Source of the DNA: a virus
Lineage: Duplodnaviria; Caudoviricetes
Direction: 5' to 3' (one strand)
DNA: 37,582 nt
Virus record (IMG/VR): IMGVR_UViG_3300044513_000301
Coordinates: 1-37,582 of that record
Shown here in pieces: positions 19,685 to 28,998 of the stretch. How positions within the stretch are numbered: the stretch's first letter is position 1; each line of letters opens with the position of its first letter. The notes below the pieces were generated by a model. That model made no database searches. It had not been told where the DNA came from and saw only the letters and a program-made list of their open reading frames with translations. The position numbers were made by a program, and so were the translations under genes.

Positions 19685-20689
19685 TTATGTCTTAATGATG
19701 TAGTTCAGAACCACAGTAGGCTGCATGACTGAGTGAGACTGTGAGGCGTCAGTGTTTGGCTCTGTAGAAACATTAATAAACGAAGTACCGTCCGTTAAGG
19801 TGGAGTATTCTGCCTCCTGGTTCGGGTTAGCCGATTGTCCAATTGTTTCCACTTTAAGACCAGTCTTGGATGAAGTAGTTCCACTTCCAACTATTCTTAA
19901 CTCTTTTACTGTAGAGCTTGAGTGGCTGTGGGAAGCTACCCCTGACTGTTCACCTGTGAGAGTAACACTGTCATTACCACCTGAAGCACCTAGTGTGTCA
20001 CCGTTAATGCCGCCTTCACCAGATGTCATCCGGTTGGCTGAAGTGCCACCCATGTCATCTTGTCCAGCGACCACACGCCCTCTGAGATCAGGAAGATTAA
20101 ACGTAGTTGATCCATTGCCACTGCCGTAGGTTGTGCCAATAGCTGTATAAAGGTCAGCGTATGTTGTTCTGGATATCTCTTGACCGTAAGCCAATAGCCA
20201 TCCTGTAGGGGCTGTAAGACCTGCGTATGGCATCAACATTCCTGATGCGAAGGATACGTCAGCTGAGATCTTAGAAGCTGAGATAGCACCAGCAGCAATC
20301 TTGTCATTAGTAACCGCGCCGTCTGCAATGTTAGCTGTGGCGACTACATCATCCCCAAGTGACGCTGTTGTGACCACATCGTCTCTTAGTGTCATGCTGG
20401 CGTTGATATAAGTGATTAGATCTGTAAGTGCCACCTGCACCATAGTGCCGCCGTCATTGATAACGACAGTGTCAGCGTCTACTAGGGTTACTGAAGTGGC
20501 TGGTGTAGAACCATCGATGATATTAAGTTCGCCTTCGGTGACAGTAACAGCACCAGCTAGGTTAGGAAACGTATTGACCAGGACAGACTTAATGAGACGA
20601 AGGTGGTCATCAGCCTGGGCTAATGCATCAGTCGCTGTAGGGTTGCTGGTCACTAAGCTGTTTAAGTATGTTCCTGACTCTAAGGCCAT
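19685..20689 (-). CDS. Tail collar domain protein (short fibre)
   Basis: MPYAG.TAPTGWLL..GQ.ISRTTYADL..AIGTTYG.GNGSTTFNLPDLRGR and terminal QPTVVLNYIIKT. Confidence 0.9.
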   Translation of the reverse strand: MALESGTYLNSLVTSNPTATDALAQADDHLRLIKSVLVNTFPNLAGAVTVTEGELNIIDGSTPATSVTLVDADTVVINDGGTMVQVALTDLITYINASMTLRDDVVTTASLGDDVVATANIADGAVTNDKIAAGAISASKISADVSFASGMLMPYAGLTAPTGWLLAYGQEISRTTYADLYTAIGTTYGSGNGSTTFNLPDLRGRVVAGQDDMGGTSANRMTSGEGGINGDTLGASGGNDSVTLTGEQSGVASHSHSSSTVKELRIVGSGTTSSKTGLKVETIGQSANPNQEAEYSTLTDGTSFINVSTEPNTDASQSHSVMQPTVVLNYIIKT

Positions 20690-20694
20690 CTCTG

Positions 20695-20847
20695 TTACCT
20701 CTTCTTGGCTGTCTTAGCAGCCGCTCTGAATGCTGCAGATGTAGGTGCGCCCTTAGTCCCAGGTTTACGCATCTTCTCACCAGAACCATTGGCTATACGC
20801 CGCCTTTTAGCAGCGATATTGGCATATAGACCCTTTGGTTTCCGCAT
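20695..20847 (-). CDS. 50-aa basic protein, first gene of the late module
   Basis: Translated by hand: MRKPKGLYANIAAKRRRIANGSGEKMRKPGTKGAPTSAAFRAAAKTAKKR; AAAGGAG RBS. Confidence 0.82.
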   Translation of the reverse strand: MRKPKGLYANIAAKRRRIANGSGEKMRKPGTKGAPTSAAFRAAAKTAKKR

Positions 20848-20871
20848 CTGGGACTCCTTTGACAAAAGCCT

Positions 20872-20886
20872 AACAACAACAACAAC
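20872..20886. repeat. (AAC)5 microsatellite within a structured 5' leader
   Basis: aacaacaacaacaac read directly, flanked by inverted repeats. Confidence 0.9.
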
Positions 20887-21207
20887 AAGTCGAAGGTTTA
20901 ACGGCTTTTTGAAATCGACATGACATAAGACCTATGGGGGTCAAATCTGTGGGCATGAGACTCTAATCAGCAGCAACCTATAGCTATGTTACTGTAAACT
21001 AACGATATCTTCTGTTGCTGACTGTCAATCAGCATGGCGTATGGTAGCCAATCATGTAAAGACATTAGGCATTTCTGAACATTGTCCGTAAGGGGCTGAT
21101 TATTGTTTATACAAATAGGAACTTATGTGCTCCGACAACCCTTAGATACACACTGCACATACAGCAACATCCAGTACATCAAGATCAACTTGACTACCGA
21201 CAGTTAT

Positions 21208-21230
21208 CTATAGGTGTACACCCCTCTATC
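21208..21230 (-). promoter_or_regulatory. Putative phage RNA polymerase promoter (late)
   Basis: AGAGGGGTGTACACCTATAG; one of three intergenic copies of AGAGGGGTGTACACC; resembles SP6 AGGTGACACTATAG. Confidence 0.7.
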
Positions 21231-21264
21231 TTGTGTTTAATCTTAGCCTGTGCTAACAACATGC

Positions 21265-21310
21265 TGTGCTGAAGGGAGGCAGCCTATTCTTTGCTGTGCC
21301 CTTCAGCACA
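21265..21310. other. Long hairpin (possible RNase III site or terminator)
   Basis: Perfect 12-bp inverted repeat TGTGCTGAAGGG/CCCTTCAGCACA with an inner short stem; no U-tract. Confidence 0.55.
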
Positions 21311-21477
21311 CTTAGGTTAGACCTTGGGTATACTGGTACGTGTAAGAAGACGCCTACGAGCCACCCAGGCCATCTGTTGGTTATACCTTGGGCTTCTAGG
21401 CGGTATCTTAGGTATCTCCAAGAGCAGCCGAAGCCGCTCCTGGTTCTCAGTGAATGACGCTGTTGGTTGCTGTCTGT

Positions 21478-23211
21478 TTACTCGCATGTCTTCATCCCTG
21501 TCTCTGGATCGATAAAGCAAGCCTCAGCACCCTCAGTCACACTGTCGTCCTTGACTTCATTCAGTATACCGTAACGCTTACCTGCAGCACGGAAGGTTGT
21601 TATGCCCTTAGCTCCGTGCTTCCACGCCTTCCAGTACAGCGTCTTGAACTTATCGAAGGTAACATCATCGCCGACATTGCATGTCTTGCTGACTGCGCTG
21701 TCGATGTACTTCTGCACCAGTGTCAACACGGCGACATGGTCATCAGCTGATATCTGGTTAGCTGTGAGACCTTTGACACCCTGACGGAATGCATAGTCAT
21801 CCACACGCTCTACAGTAGACCCATCGAACCGACTGACGGTTCTGTCATAGTACATACTGAACGGTGGCTCGATGCCTGATGACACGTTGTCAGCCGTCAG
21901 ACTGATAGTGCCTGTCGGTGCTATCGAAGTTAGGTGGCTGTTCCTGATGCCGTTCTTAGCGATCTTGTCCTGGATGTGTACAGGCAGCTGTTTAATGAAC
22001 TCAGACTGCATGTAGTCTTCTTTGCTAAACAAAGGGAATGCACCCTTCTCGTCAGCCAAGTCAGCTGACGTGTCATACGCCTTGTTACGCAGTGCTTCCA
22101 GGACTGTTGACGTGAACGCTAGGAAATCAAGAGAAGCATACGGATGCCCAAGCATCTCAGCTGCATTAGCTAGACCAGTGACACCTAGTCCCATGCGTCT
22201 CTTGTTCTTGGCTTCCTGTTCCTGTTCCGGCAGCGGATAGATGGTTCTGTCGATCACATTGTCCATGGCACGGACAACGACAGTGATATCATTGTTGAAC
22301 CTGTCATAATTGAACCGCCGAAGCCCGGGTTCACTGATGTGATCCTCGACATACTTCACTAGGTTGAAGCTGCCCAGTAGACACGCTCCGAATGACGGCA
22401 GTGGCTGCTCACCGCATGGGTTCGTAGCTTCCAGCGACTCACAGTACCAGAGGTTATTCATCCGGTTGATGGTGTCTATAAACAGTACGCCTGGCTCTGC
22501 CCAGTCCCAGGTGTTGCGCATGATCTGATCCCACAGTGCCACAGGATCTACCTGTTTGTAGACCTTGCCTTCAAAGTGCAGTGGGAATGGCTTACCTAAG
22601 TCCAGGTGTTCCATGAACTTGTCAGTCACACCGACTGATATGTTAAACCCAGTCAGCTTGTCGCTGTTTAGCTTCGCAGATATGAACTCCTCGATGTCGG
22701 GGTGATCTATCCGCAGCACACCCATCTGCGCGCCCCTACGGTGACCACTGGACGCGATTGTCTGGCATATAGCGTCATAGATGCCCATGAAGCTCACAGC
22801 ACCGCTGGCGAGGCTGTCAAGGCTTACAATGCGGTCACCTTTAGGTCTTAGGTTACTAAAGTCATAACCAATGCCACCGCCGCGCCGCATTGTCTCAGCA
22901 GCTTGGGTTGCACGAAGCATAATGGACTCCATGCTGTCTTCGATGACGCCGGATACAAAGCAGTTGTATGCTGTTGTCTGACGTGAAGCACCGATAGCGT
23001 TCTGTACACGTCCAGCTGGTAGAAACCGCATGTTTCTAAGTATATCTTTAAACTGCTCAAAGTGGACGTCACTATCTTTCAGTCCGTTTGCAATCCTAAC
23101 GACCTTGCCGTAGAAATCCTCGCCACGCTGACGATACTTAATTGCATCAATCTCTTGGCTGATTGGCAGTGTCATACCATAGTGCTCATTAGTGTTATCT
23201 CTTGGCGTCAT
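21478..23211 (-). CDS. nrdJ: Class II (adenosylcobalamin-dependent) ribonucleotide reductase
   Basis: FLPAGR, YNCFV, TNPCGEQ, ACLLGS, IAPTGTISL, C-terminal Cys pair; no beta-subunit gene nearby. Confidence 0.9.
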   Translation of the reverse strand: MTPRDNTNEHYGMTLPISQEIDAIKYRQRGEDFYGKVVRIANGLKDSDVHFEQFKDILRNMRFLPAGRVQNAIGASRQTTAYNCFVSGVIEDSMESIMLRATQAAETMRRGGGIGYDFSNLRPKGDRIVSLDSLASGAVSFMGIYDAICQTIASSGHRRGAQMGVLRIDHPDIEEFISAKLNSDKLTGFNISVGVTDKFMEHLDLGKPFPLHFEGKVYKQVDPVALWDQIMRNTWDWAEPGVLFIDTINRMNNLWYCESLEATNPCGEQPLPSFGACLLGSFNLVKYVEDHISEPGLRRFNYDRFNNDITVVVRAMDNVIDRTIYPLPEQEQEAKNKRRMGLGVTGLANAAEMLGHPYASLDFLAFTSTVLEALRNKAYDTSADLADEKGAFPLFSKEDYMQSEFIKQLPVHIQDKIAKNGIRNSHLTSIAPTGTISLTADNVSSGIEPPFSMYYDRTVSRFDGSTVERVDDYAFRQGVKGLTANQISADDHVAVLTLVQKYIDSAVSKTCNVGDDVTFDKFKTLYWKAWKHGAKGITTFRAAGKRYGILNEVKDDSVTEGAEACFIDPETGMKTCE

Positions 23212-23485
23212 CTTCTTCTTCCAATCTCTGTATTAGTTTATCTAAATACCAAGCTGCTTTCTCTAGATCCTGTACTCCGCTCTTGTATCTATACCGCCAG
23301 ATATACTTGAGAATATTGCCTTGCAGGTAGTACTCGAACCCCTCGTGGGTTGCTGCTGCAATGGCTTCGATGCACTCGATCTCGGATTTGTTGTAATGAG
23401 GTGGGTTGTTAACCATGTCACTTGGTTTGGTTTCTTCGTTGCCGTGAATGAGTCTCAGGGCTTCTTCGTAACTTTCAGGGTTCAT
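23195..23485 (-). CDS. DUF3310 / T7 gp1.7-like nucleotide kinase
   Basis: DMVNNPPHY...IECIEAI...GNILKYIWRY..K.GVQDLEKAAWYL. Confidence 0.85.
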   Translation of the reverse strand: MNPESYEEALRLIHGNEETKPSDMVNNPPHYNKSEIECIEAIAAATHEGFEYYLQGNILKYIWRYRYKSGVQDLEKAAWYLDKLIQRLEEEDDAKR

Positions 23486-24216
23486 CGTTTAGGACTCCAA
23501 AGTATTGGTTGTTGTTTCTCATCATCCCAGTCCGACCAGCGAAGTATCCTGGCTAAGCGTGCCTGTTGGATGGCGTGGTCTTCGCTGAGGTTCTGCTTGC
23601 GGTAAGCTGAAACAACAACAGACCAGTCTGGGCGAGACCCTAAGAGGTCTGCGGCTTTCTTAAATCCAATGCCTGGGCATCCTGGGTAACCGTCAGCTGG
23701 GTCACCCATCAGTACCTGCTTCATAAAGAACAAGTCAGCTGCGCCTTCAGTAATGACGTGGTGTTCTTTTGCAGACGGTCTGTAGAGATTGCCGGGGATA
23801 GTCTGCATGTCCTTGTCATCAGAAATGATGAGGCTGGTGGGGGTGTCTGGCTTAGTAGACATGATACCCATGCAGTCGTCAGCTTCGAGACCTGGCTTAG
23901 AAAACGTGTTGTAGTTCTCGATAGCCCAGTCCACTAAAGCTCTATGTCCTACAGGCTTCCTGGTCTTCTTCCGGTGACCCTTGTAAGTAGGGTCAATGGC
24001 TTTACGGAAGTTATCTTTATCACTTAAACACAGTATGTAATTGTCAGTGTCGAAGCGTGATAAGAAGTCATCCATCGTATACTTAAAGATGTCTTTAGCT
24101 TCTTTTAGATCAGTGGATAGCGACCAGATGTCATCACCCCAGTCTATCTCTTCTTCAGCAGCAGCCGCTGCACGGTACAGATAGATGTCACCGTCAATCA
24201 GTAAATTCAAGGACAC
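23482..24216 (-). CDS. 5'-3' exonuclease (T7 gp6-like)
   Basis: LLIDGD, YKGHR, LEADD, DKDM, GDPADGYPGCPGIG. Confidence 0.92.
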   Translation of the reverse strand: MSLNLLIDGDIYLYRAAAAAEEEIDWGDDIWSLSTDLKEAKDIFKYTMDDFLSRFDTDNYILCLSDKDNFRKAIDPTYKGHRKKTRKPVGHRALVDWAIENYNTFSKPGLEADDCMGIMSTKPDTPTSLIISDDKDMQTIPGNLYRPSAKEHHVITEGAADLFFMKQVLMGDPADGYPGCPGIGFKKAADLLGSRPDWSVVVSAYRKQNLSEDHAIQQARLARILRWSDWDDEKQQPILWSPKR

Positions 24217-24550
24217 TTTCTAGCTCCATCATGTATTCAAAGCCGTAGTCAGTTAGCACCCAAGTGTTACCCCAGGTGGTTTCTGACAGGCGTGTTGTTA
24301 TGAGTTCTTCTGTCGCTGCAATCGCAATGACAGTGGCAAAGTCTCGTGCAAACTTAGACTTTGTTGTAAAGCCACGGTCACCTGCGTTGAAAAGAACAAC
24401 GTAGATTGCAAGCAGCGGTTCGAAGTCAGGATTATCTTTAGTGAGTATCTGCCCAGGTCTTCCCGACCTTGTACTCACTTCGGATTGGGATTTTGAGGTT
24501 GAACGTCTTTTGCGTTTCTTGCGCCATTCGTCCAATGAGATCACCGACAT
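24194..24550 (-). CDS. Hypothetical protein overlapping the DNA polymerase 3' end
   Basis: Fills the polymerase-exonuclease gap; likely ATG at 24550 (MSVISLDEWRKKR) after AGGAAG; start uncertain. Confidence 0.6.
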   Translation of the reverse strand: MSVISLDEWRKKRKRRSTSKSQSEVSTRSGRPGQILTKDNPDFEPLLAIYVVLFNAGDRGFTTKSKFARDFATVIAIAATEELITTRLSETTWGNTWVLTDYGFEYMMELESVLEFTD

Positions 24551-26189
24551 GATCTTCCTGTCCTTTCCGCACCGCAACCTGGACTTCGTCATGAACCCAG
24601 GCGACTATATGTGCATCGATATCTTCGGCGTCTAAAGCATCTTGGATATTGATTACCCATTGTCTTGCGATAGTTGCTCCAGCAGCTTGAAGTAAAAGAT
24701 TAAGAGCAGAGTGTTTACTTCTGATCTTTATGACTCTTTCGTCTAAACCGTAGAAGAAACCACGTTCAGCTCTGATATCAACTCCGGCTTTTAACTTGCT
24801 GTAAGCAGGTAGATTATCCATAAACTTATCTCTGATGGCTTTGCCTTGCGCTGCGCCGCCATCGACAACCTCACCTAGCTTGGCGTCACCGCCGCCATAA
24901 ATCAGGCAGTAGATCATGCGTTTAGCTTGGTCACGATTAGTTAGACCAGCTTGCTGTTGGTTATATGTATGGATATCTCCGGACTCGATCTGGTTGATGT
25001 AGTCTTCATCGCCCATGTAGTGGGCTAGGCATCTAAGCTCTAATCCACTCAGATCAGATCCAAGTAACACATAGCCAGGATCAACAGTGAATAGGTCACG
25101 ACACTCTTTACCGTAGGGAAGCCTAACAGCTGGTACTTGACCTAAGTTAGGATTGCGGTGGGCGCATCTACCGGACACAGTCGCGCTGCTGACGATCTGA
25201 TGCCTTAACTTACCGTCATCGTCTAGTTTACGCAGCCAAGATCCGTTGCCTTCACTAAGTTGACCGATCCGTTTCTGCACCACGAAGAACTTGGAAAGTA
25301 TCTGTGCTTCGGGGTATGGCAGTTGTGACAGGATACTCTCATCAATCTGAGCATGACCCTGGGCTGTCAGGTACTTAGGCTTCCACTTGTATTTAGACTT
25401 CAAACAGTATTCTATATGCCTTCGACTGTTTGGGTTGAAGTAAACTACCTTGGTCTTCTTAAACGGCTCGCCTTTAACGTAACCTAGCTTTTTATTACTA
25501 ACTTTAGGCGTGATCCACTCATAGATCTCCCAAGGCTCAAACAGATTAGCAAGGCTTTCTTTTAAGTTGTCTCGCATCTGTGATAGATCAGAGTAGAGCT
25601 TAACTGCCTTCGTTCTATCAAACGTCCATCCGTACTTACCTATCTGTTCACAGATCTCTGTACAGCGGTGTTCAGCATCTATAGCAGACTGGCTGTGTTC
25701 CCAAGGGCGCAGTAGGTTATACAGATCTTTAGTGACCTTAACATCCTGAATGCAATACTCGAGCATCTCATCATTAAAAGCATCCCAGCCACCAGTGTAG
25801 TCACCTTTGTGAGTGCCCATGCGTAAGCCCCACGCTTTAAGGCTGTGGCTGCCAAAGAGACGGTTTGGGAGGATCTCATCGCCTTCGGCTAACCAATACT
25901 TATCAAAGTCCTCAGACTTGATGTCAGACTTCAACATCCGACTGAGAACCAAAGTATCTGTGACCTTCTTAGGAGTAAACCCAGGGTAGATCTTCTTAAT
26001 GGCTGGGATGTCATAGCCGATGCCATTATGCCATATGGTCTCCTCGGCTTCGGCTATAACCTTTATGCCAGCTTCTAGGCTGTCGCCGTGAAACTGCCAA
26101 TTCTCATTACTGTCTAAGTCTTCAACACATAGACAATGAATAACATTAGGATCGAGACCATCAGTCTCGATGTCACAAACTAATCGCAT
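24438..26189 (-). CDS. Family A DNA polymerase with 3'-5' exonuclease (T7 gp5-like)
   Basis: Exo DIETDG, HNGIGYD, YCIQDV; motif A DLSGLELR, motif B RDQAKRMIYCLIYG, motif C VHDE. Confidence 0.96.
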   Translation of the reverse strand: MRLVCDIETDGLDPNVIHCLCVEDLDSNENWQFHGDSLEAGIKVIAEAEETIWHNGIGYDIPAIKKIYPGFTPKKVTDTLVLSRMLKSDIKSEDFDKYWLAEGDEILPNRLFGSHSLKAWGLRMGTHKGDYTGGWDAFNDEMLEYCIQDVKVTKDLYNLLRPWEHSQSAIDAEHRCTEICEQIGKYGWTFDRTKAVKLYSDLSQMRDNLKESLANLFEPWEIYEWITPKVSNKKLGYVKGEPFKKTKVVYFNPNSRRHIEYCLKSKYKWKPKYLTAQGHAQIDESILSQLPYPEAQILSKFFVVQKRIGQLSEGNGSWLRKLDDDGKLRHQIVSSATVSGRCAHRNPNLGQVPAVRLPYGKECRDLFTVDPGYVLLGSDLSGLELRCLAHYMGDEDYINQIESGDIHTYNQQQAGLTNRDQAKRMIYCLIYGGGDAKLGEVVDGGAAQGKAIRDKFMDNLPAYSKLKAGVDIRAERGFFYGLDERVIKIRSKHSALNLLLQAAGATIARQWVINIQDALDAEDIDAHIVAWVHDEVQVAVRKGQEDHVGDLIGRMAQETQKTFNLKIPIRSEYKVGKTWADTH

Positions 26190-26200
26190 TTGTGTCTCCT

Positions 26201-27808
26201 TTAGAAGCCGTAATCTAAATCTGTAAGACGGCCTGTTTGTCTGTCGTAAGTGAGTGTTCCAGCTGTTCCGACTTCACCAGTGAACCTATTCTTCAGGACT
26301 ACTAGTCGCCGCTGGTCTGAGTCAGGATCATCAGCTAGTTTCTCAAGCCCTAGTGTGATGTCACTAAGTTGAGCAAGGCTGTGTGATCCCCTGAGATGTC
26401 CGATAGATACCTTCTTGCCATCCTCATGTCCTTTGTCGCCTTCAGGACGCCGAAGGTGAGACACTAAGAACAGGCATATGTCTAACTCTTGAACAAGGGT
26501 TCTTAGCTTAGTCATAGCCACATCAATGAGCTTGCGCTCATCATTAGTTGCCAGACCGGATATTAGGATACTGACGTGGTCTAAGAAGATGTACTTAAGG
26601 TCTAAGGCTTTCGCCATAAACTCTATACGTTTGCAGATGATGTCAACGTCAGTAGATCCGAAGTGGTCATAGAGATAAATCGGACGCTTCTTAAACAGAT
26701 CATCAAAGGCTTCTTTAAGTTCGTCTTCAGAAACTCCGGTTCTATCAACTAAGATATTCTTACTGAGGTGGATACCAACTAGCCCAACCAGAGTTCTCTT
26801 GTTGCTCTCTTCAAGCATAATCATGCCAATGGACTCGCCAGATGTGTGAAGATGCGTTGCTATCTCACGAATAAACGTGGACTTCCCGACTCCGCTGCCA
26901 GCAGCTACAGTGACCAGCTCACTAGTCCTGATGCCTTTAGTGATTTCGTTAAGGCCAGGATAGGGATACATAATGGACGAGGCTGCATCATCCACACAGA
27001 CTGCCTCACGGAGATCGGTAGCAGCCACGATGCCGTCCGGCCTGTATTCTCTGGCCTTAAATACGGCATCGATTATCTCTCCTGTCTTACCTTGCAGCAG
27101 ACACTCGTTAGCGTCTTTGCAGGGTAGTGTAGCAATCTTTGCTTTGCCGATTGGCAAAAGCTCGGCGACCTCTTCAGCGGCCTTTTGACCTGGCTCATCC
27201 ATGTCGAACATCAGGATGATCTCTAAGAAGCCGTCTAAGTATTCCCAGTTATCTTTAATGGCACGTCTAGCACCTGCGCTGCCTTGAGGTAGACTAACGG
27301 TAGCCCACTTGTGACCCTGGACTTGACTGACTGTCATGCAGTCAATCTCGCCTTCCGTGATCACTAGCTTCTTTCCGGTCTTCCACAAGTGGCTACCAAA
27401 GAGTGGTAGCTTTCGCGTCTCACCTATAAGCTGGAAGCGTTTATCCTTATAGCGCAACTTCTGTGCTATAGGCTTACCACTGAGGTTTCTATAAGTCGCT
27501 GCCTGAACTGGTTCTCCCCGGTAGGTTGTAGTTAGGTAACCAAACTTCCTACAGGTTTCTTCGGTTAGCTTTCGCGCAACAATCGTTTGATATTCACCCT
27601 GGAGTAAACCTTCTTGCTTTGTATCTTCCGCTGGCGATACTTCGGCGTCAGTAAATCCTTGGCTATGTGGTTGGATCGTGGTGTTGCAGCTGAAGCAGTG
27701 CGTGTGTCCGTCCGAGTATATCGCATTTGCATCACTGCTCCCACAGTTGTCACACATTGTGTGAGTTAAGAACTCTGATCCCTCATGATCTGTCGCTAGT
27801 GTTAACAT
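26201..27808 (-). CDS. DNA primase/helicase (T7 gp4-like)
   Basis: Zn finger CDNC...HCFSC, TOPRIM ITEGEID and MFDMD, Walker A GSGVGKST, LRGS, KNRFTG; start set to ATG 27808 following AGGAG. Confidence 0.95.
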   Translation of the reverse strand: MLTLATDHEGSEFLTHTMCDNCGSSDANAIYSDGHTHCFSCNTTIQPHSQGFTDAEVSPAEDTKQEGLLQGEYQTIVARKLTEETCRKFGYLTTTYRGEPVQAATYRNLSGKPIAQKLRYKDKRFQLIGETRKLPLFGSHLWKTGKKLVITEGEIDCMTVSQVQGHKWATVSLPQGSAGARRAIKDNWEYLDGFLEIILMFDMDEPGQKAAEEVAELLPIGKAKIATLPCKDANECLLQGKTGEIIDAVFKAREYRPDGIVAATDLREAVCVDDAASSIMYPYPGLNEITKGIRTSELVTVAAGSGVGKSTFIREIATHLHTSGESIGMIMLEESNKRTLVGLVGIHLSKNILVDRTGVSEDELKEAFDDLFKKRPIYLYDHFGSTDVDIICKRIEFMAKALDLKYIFLDHVSILISGLATNDERKLIDVAMTKLRTLVQELDICLFLVSHLRRPEGDKGHEDGKKVSIGHLRGSHSLAQLSDITLGLEKLADDPDSDQRRLVVLKNRFTGEVGTAGTLTYDRQTGRLTDLDYGF

Positions 27809-28250
27809 AGATGCTCTCCTTGGCTTCTCGCAGCCACTCTTCTGGTATGTGTTTGTGTGCCCACATAAAGCCGTGCTTGATGCACCAGTCGCTGTAGGTA
27901 GTGGGTGAACCTTTGTAGATCTTTGCGTTGGCGTTACTGAATACGAACCGGATGTCCAGCCCCGGCATCTGCTGCTTGATAAGAAGATGCTTGTGCCTGT
28001 CAGCGGTAACGAAACGGCCTTTAGTCTCGACAAAGAAAAAGCCGCCTTTCTTAGGCAGCTTGAAATCGGGTGTGTACTTAGAATGACGAGCCGGAATGGT
28101 GTATTCTATGCGCTCTCTTTCATAGATTACATCAAGCCCGGCATCGTCAATCTGTTTGGATGCTCTGTCCTCAAGTCCAGAGCGATAGCCGTGCTTTATA
28201 GCTCTAGAAGTTCCAGTCTTGTTCTTGACCAGCCGCTTCGTTCGAGCCAC
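27783..28250 (-). CDS. Endonuclease I / Holliday junction resolvase (T7 gp3-like)
   Basis: YRSGLE, YTPDF, ETKG, DIRFVF, WCIKHGF. Confidence 0.93.
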   Translation of the reverse strand: MARTKRLVKNKTGTSRAIKHGYRSGLEDRASKQIDDAGLDVIYERERIEYTIPARHSKYTPDFKLPKKGGFFFVETKGRFVTADRHKHLLIKQQMPGLDIRFVFSNANAKIYKGSPTTYSDWCIKHGFMWAHKHIPEEWLREAKESIYVNTSDRS

Positions 28251-28752
28251 TAGCAGTCTCCATCTTAGATGCTATAAATCCACCTTCGACAGCATCAAAG
28301 GTGTTGTCACCGTTGCTCTCACCTTCAGAAAGCTCAATGATTTGGACAGCTGAAAGCTGAAGGCTGATGCCAATATTACCAGCTGCTTGATATGGGTTCA
28401 TCGCGCCCTTAACTCTGATGATGCTGCCGCCCCAGACCTGTGGTCTATTCTTTGGGTCAATGACTTCACCCATCGAGTCAACCATCTTGGGTTGATACTT
28501 GGACTTAGCATTAAAGATGATATCGCCAGTGTCTTCATCGACTTGGAATGGCAACTTAGCCACCTCGCCTTTCTTACCAAACTCATCGACAGCCATCTGC
28601 CGCATAGATTTGATAAGAGACTGTGCGTCATCGCTGTTGACCCGGATGCCAGTCTTGTATGTACCGTCCGGATCAAACTTAGTGTCCGGTTTGTTTAACC
28701 ATGGGTATACTGCAACACCCTGGTCAGTAATGAATGTTTGTTTACTTGCCAT
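28204..28752 (-). CDS. Single-stranded DNA-binding protein (T7 gp2.5-like)
   Basis: YPWLNKPDTKF, GGS, GISLQLSAVQIIEL, acidic tail ending in Phe. Confidence 0.9.
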   Translation of the reverse strand: MASKQTFITDQGVAVYPWLNKPDTKFDPDGTYKTGIRVNSDDAQSLIKSMRQMAVDEFGKKGEVAKLPFQVDEDTGDIIFNAKSKYQPKMVDSMGEVIDPKNRPQVWGGSIIRVKGAMNPYQAAGNIGISLQLSAVQIIELSEGESNGDNTFDAVEGGFIASKMETASGSNEAAGQEQDWNF

Positions 28753-28924
28753 AACCTTTAGTCTCCTTGGTCTCGTGGTTTGTAGGTTTGTTAGTGTGAT
28801 TACAAAAGTCGGACAGAATGATACCTAGACGTTCAGCCTCAACCAGAACGTCAACAGGTAAAGGCTTGCCTAACCTTGATAGGTAGACAGCCTTCTGTAA
28901 CAGTTGTTCTCTTGGGTGCATCAT
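28742..28924 (-). CDS. Hypothetical protein (60 aa)
   Basis: Start MMHPREQ after GGAG; the longer track start lies inside the promoter motif. Confidence 0.7.
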   Translation of the reverse strand: MMHPREQLLQKAVYLSRLGKPLPVDVLVEAERLGIILSDFCNHTNKPTNHETKETKGYGK

Positions 28925-28954
28925 GATCTCCGTGAAGTTGCGAAGGAGATCATA

Positions 28955-28975
28955 TGCTTGGGTGTACACCCCTCT
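28955..28975 (-). promoter_or_regulatory. Putative phage RNA polymerase promoter (middle)
   Basis: AGAGGGGTGTACACCCAAGCA immediately after the RNAP stop, upstream of the replication genes. Confidence 0.7.
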
Positions 28976-28998
28976 AGTAAGTAGCTAAAATGGCTACC

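Noticed and set aside
21317-21520. 67-aa minus-strand ORF after nrdJ
   Set aside because: Weak start context and no recognisable features; cannot be excluded, but not supported enough to call.
27809-28033. Long N-terminal extensions given by the track for primase/helicase, RNAP and integrase
   Set aside because: Downstream ATGs have proper RBS or ATGA coupling; the extensions overlap other genes or promoter motifs.
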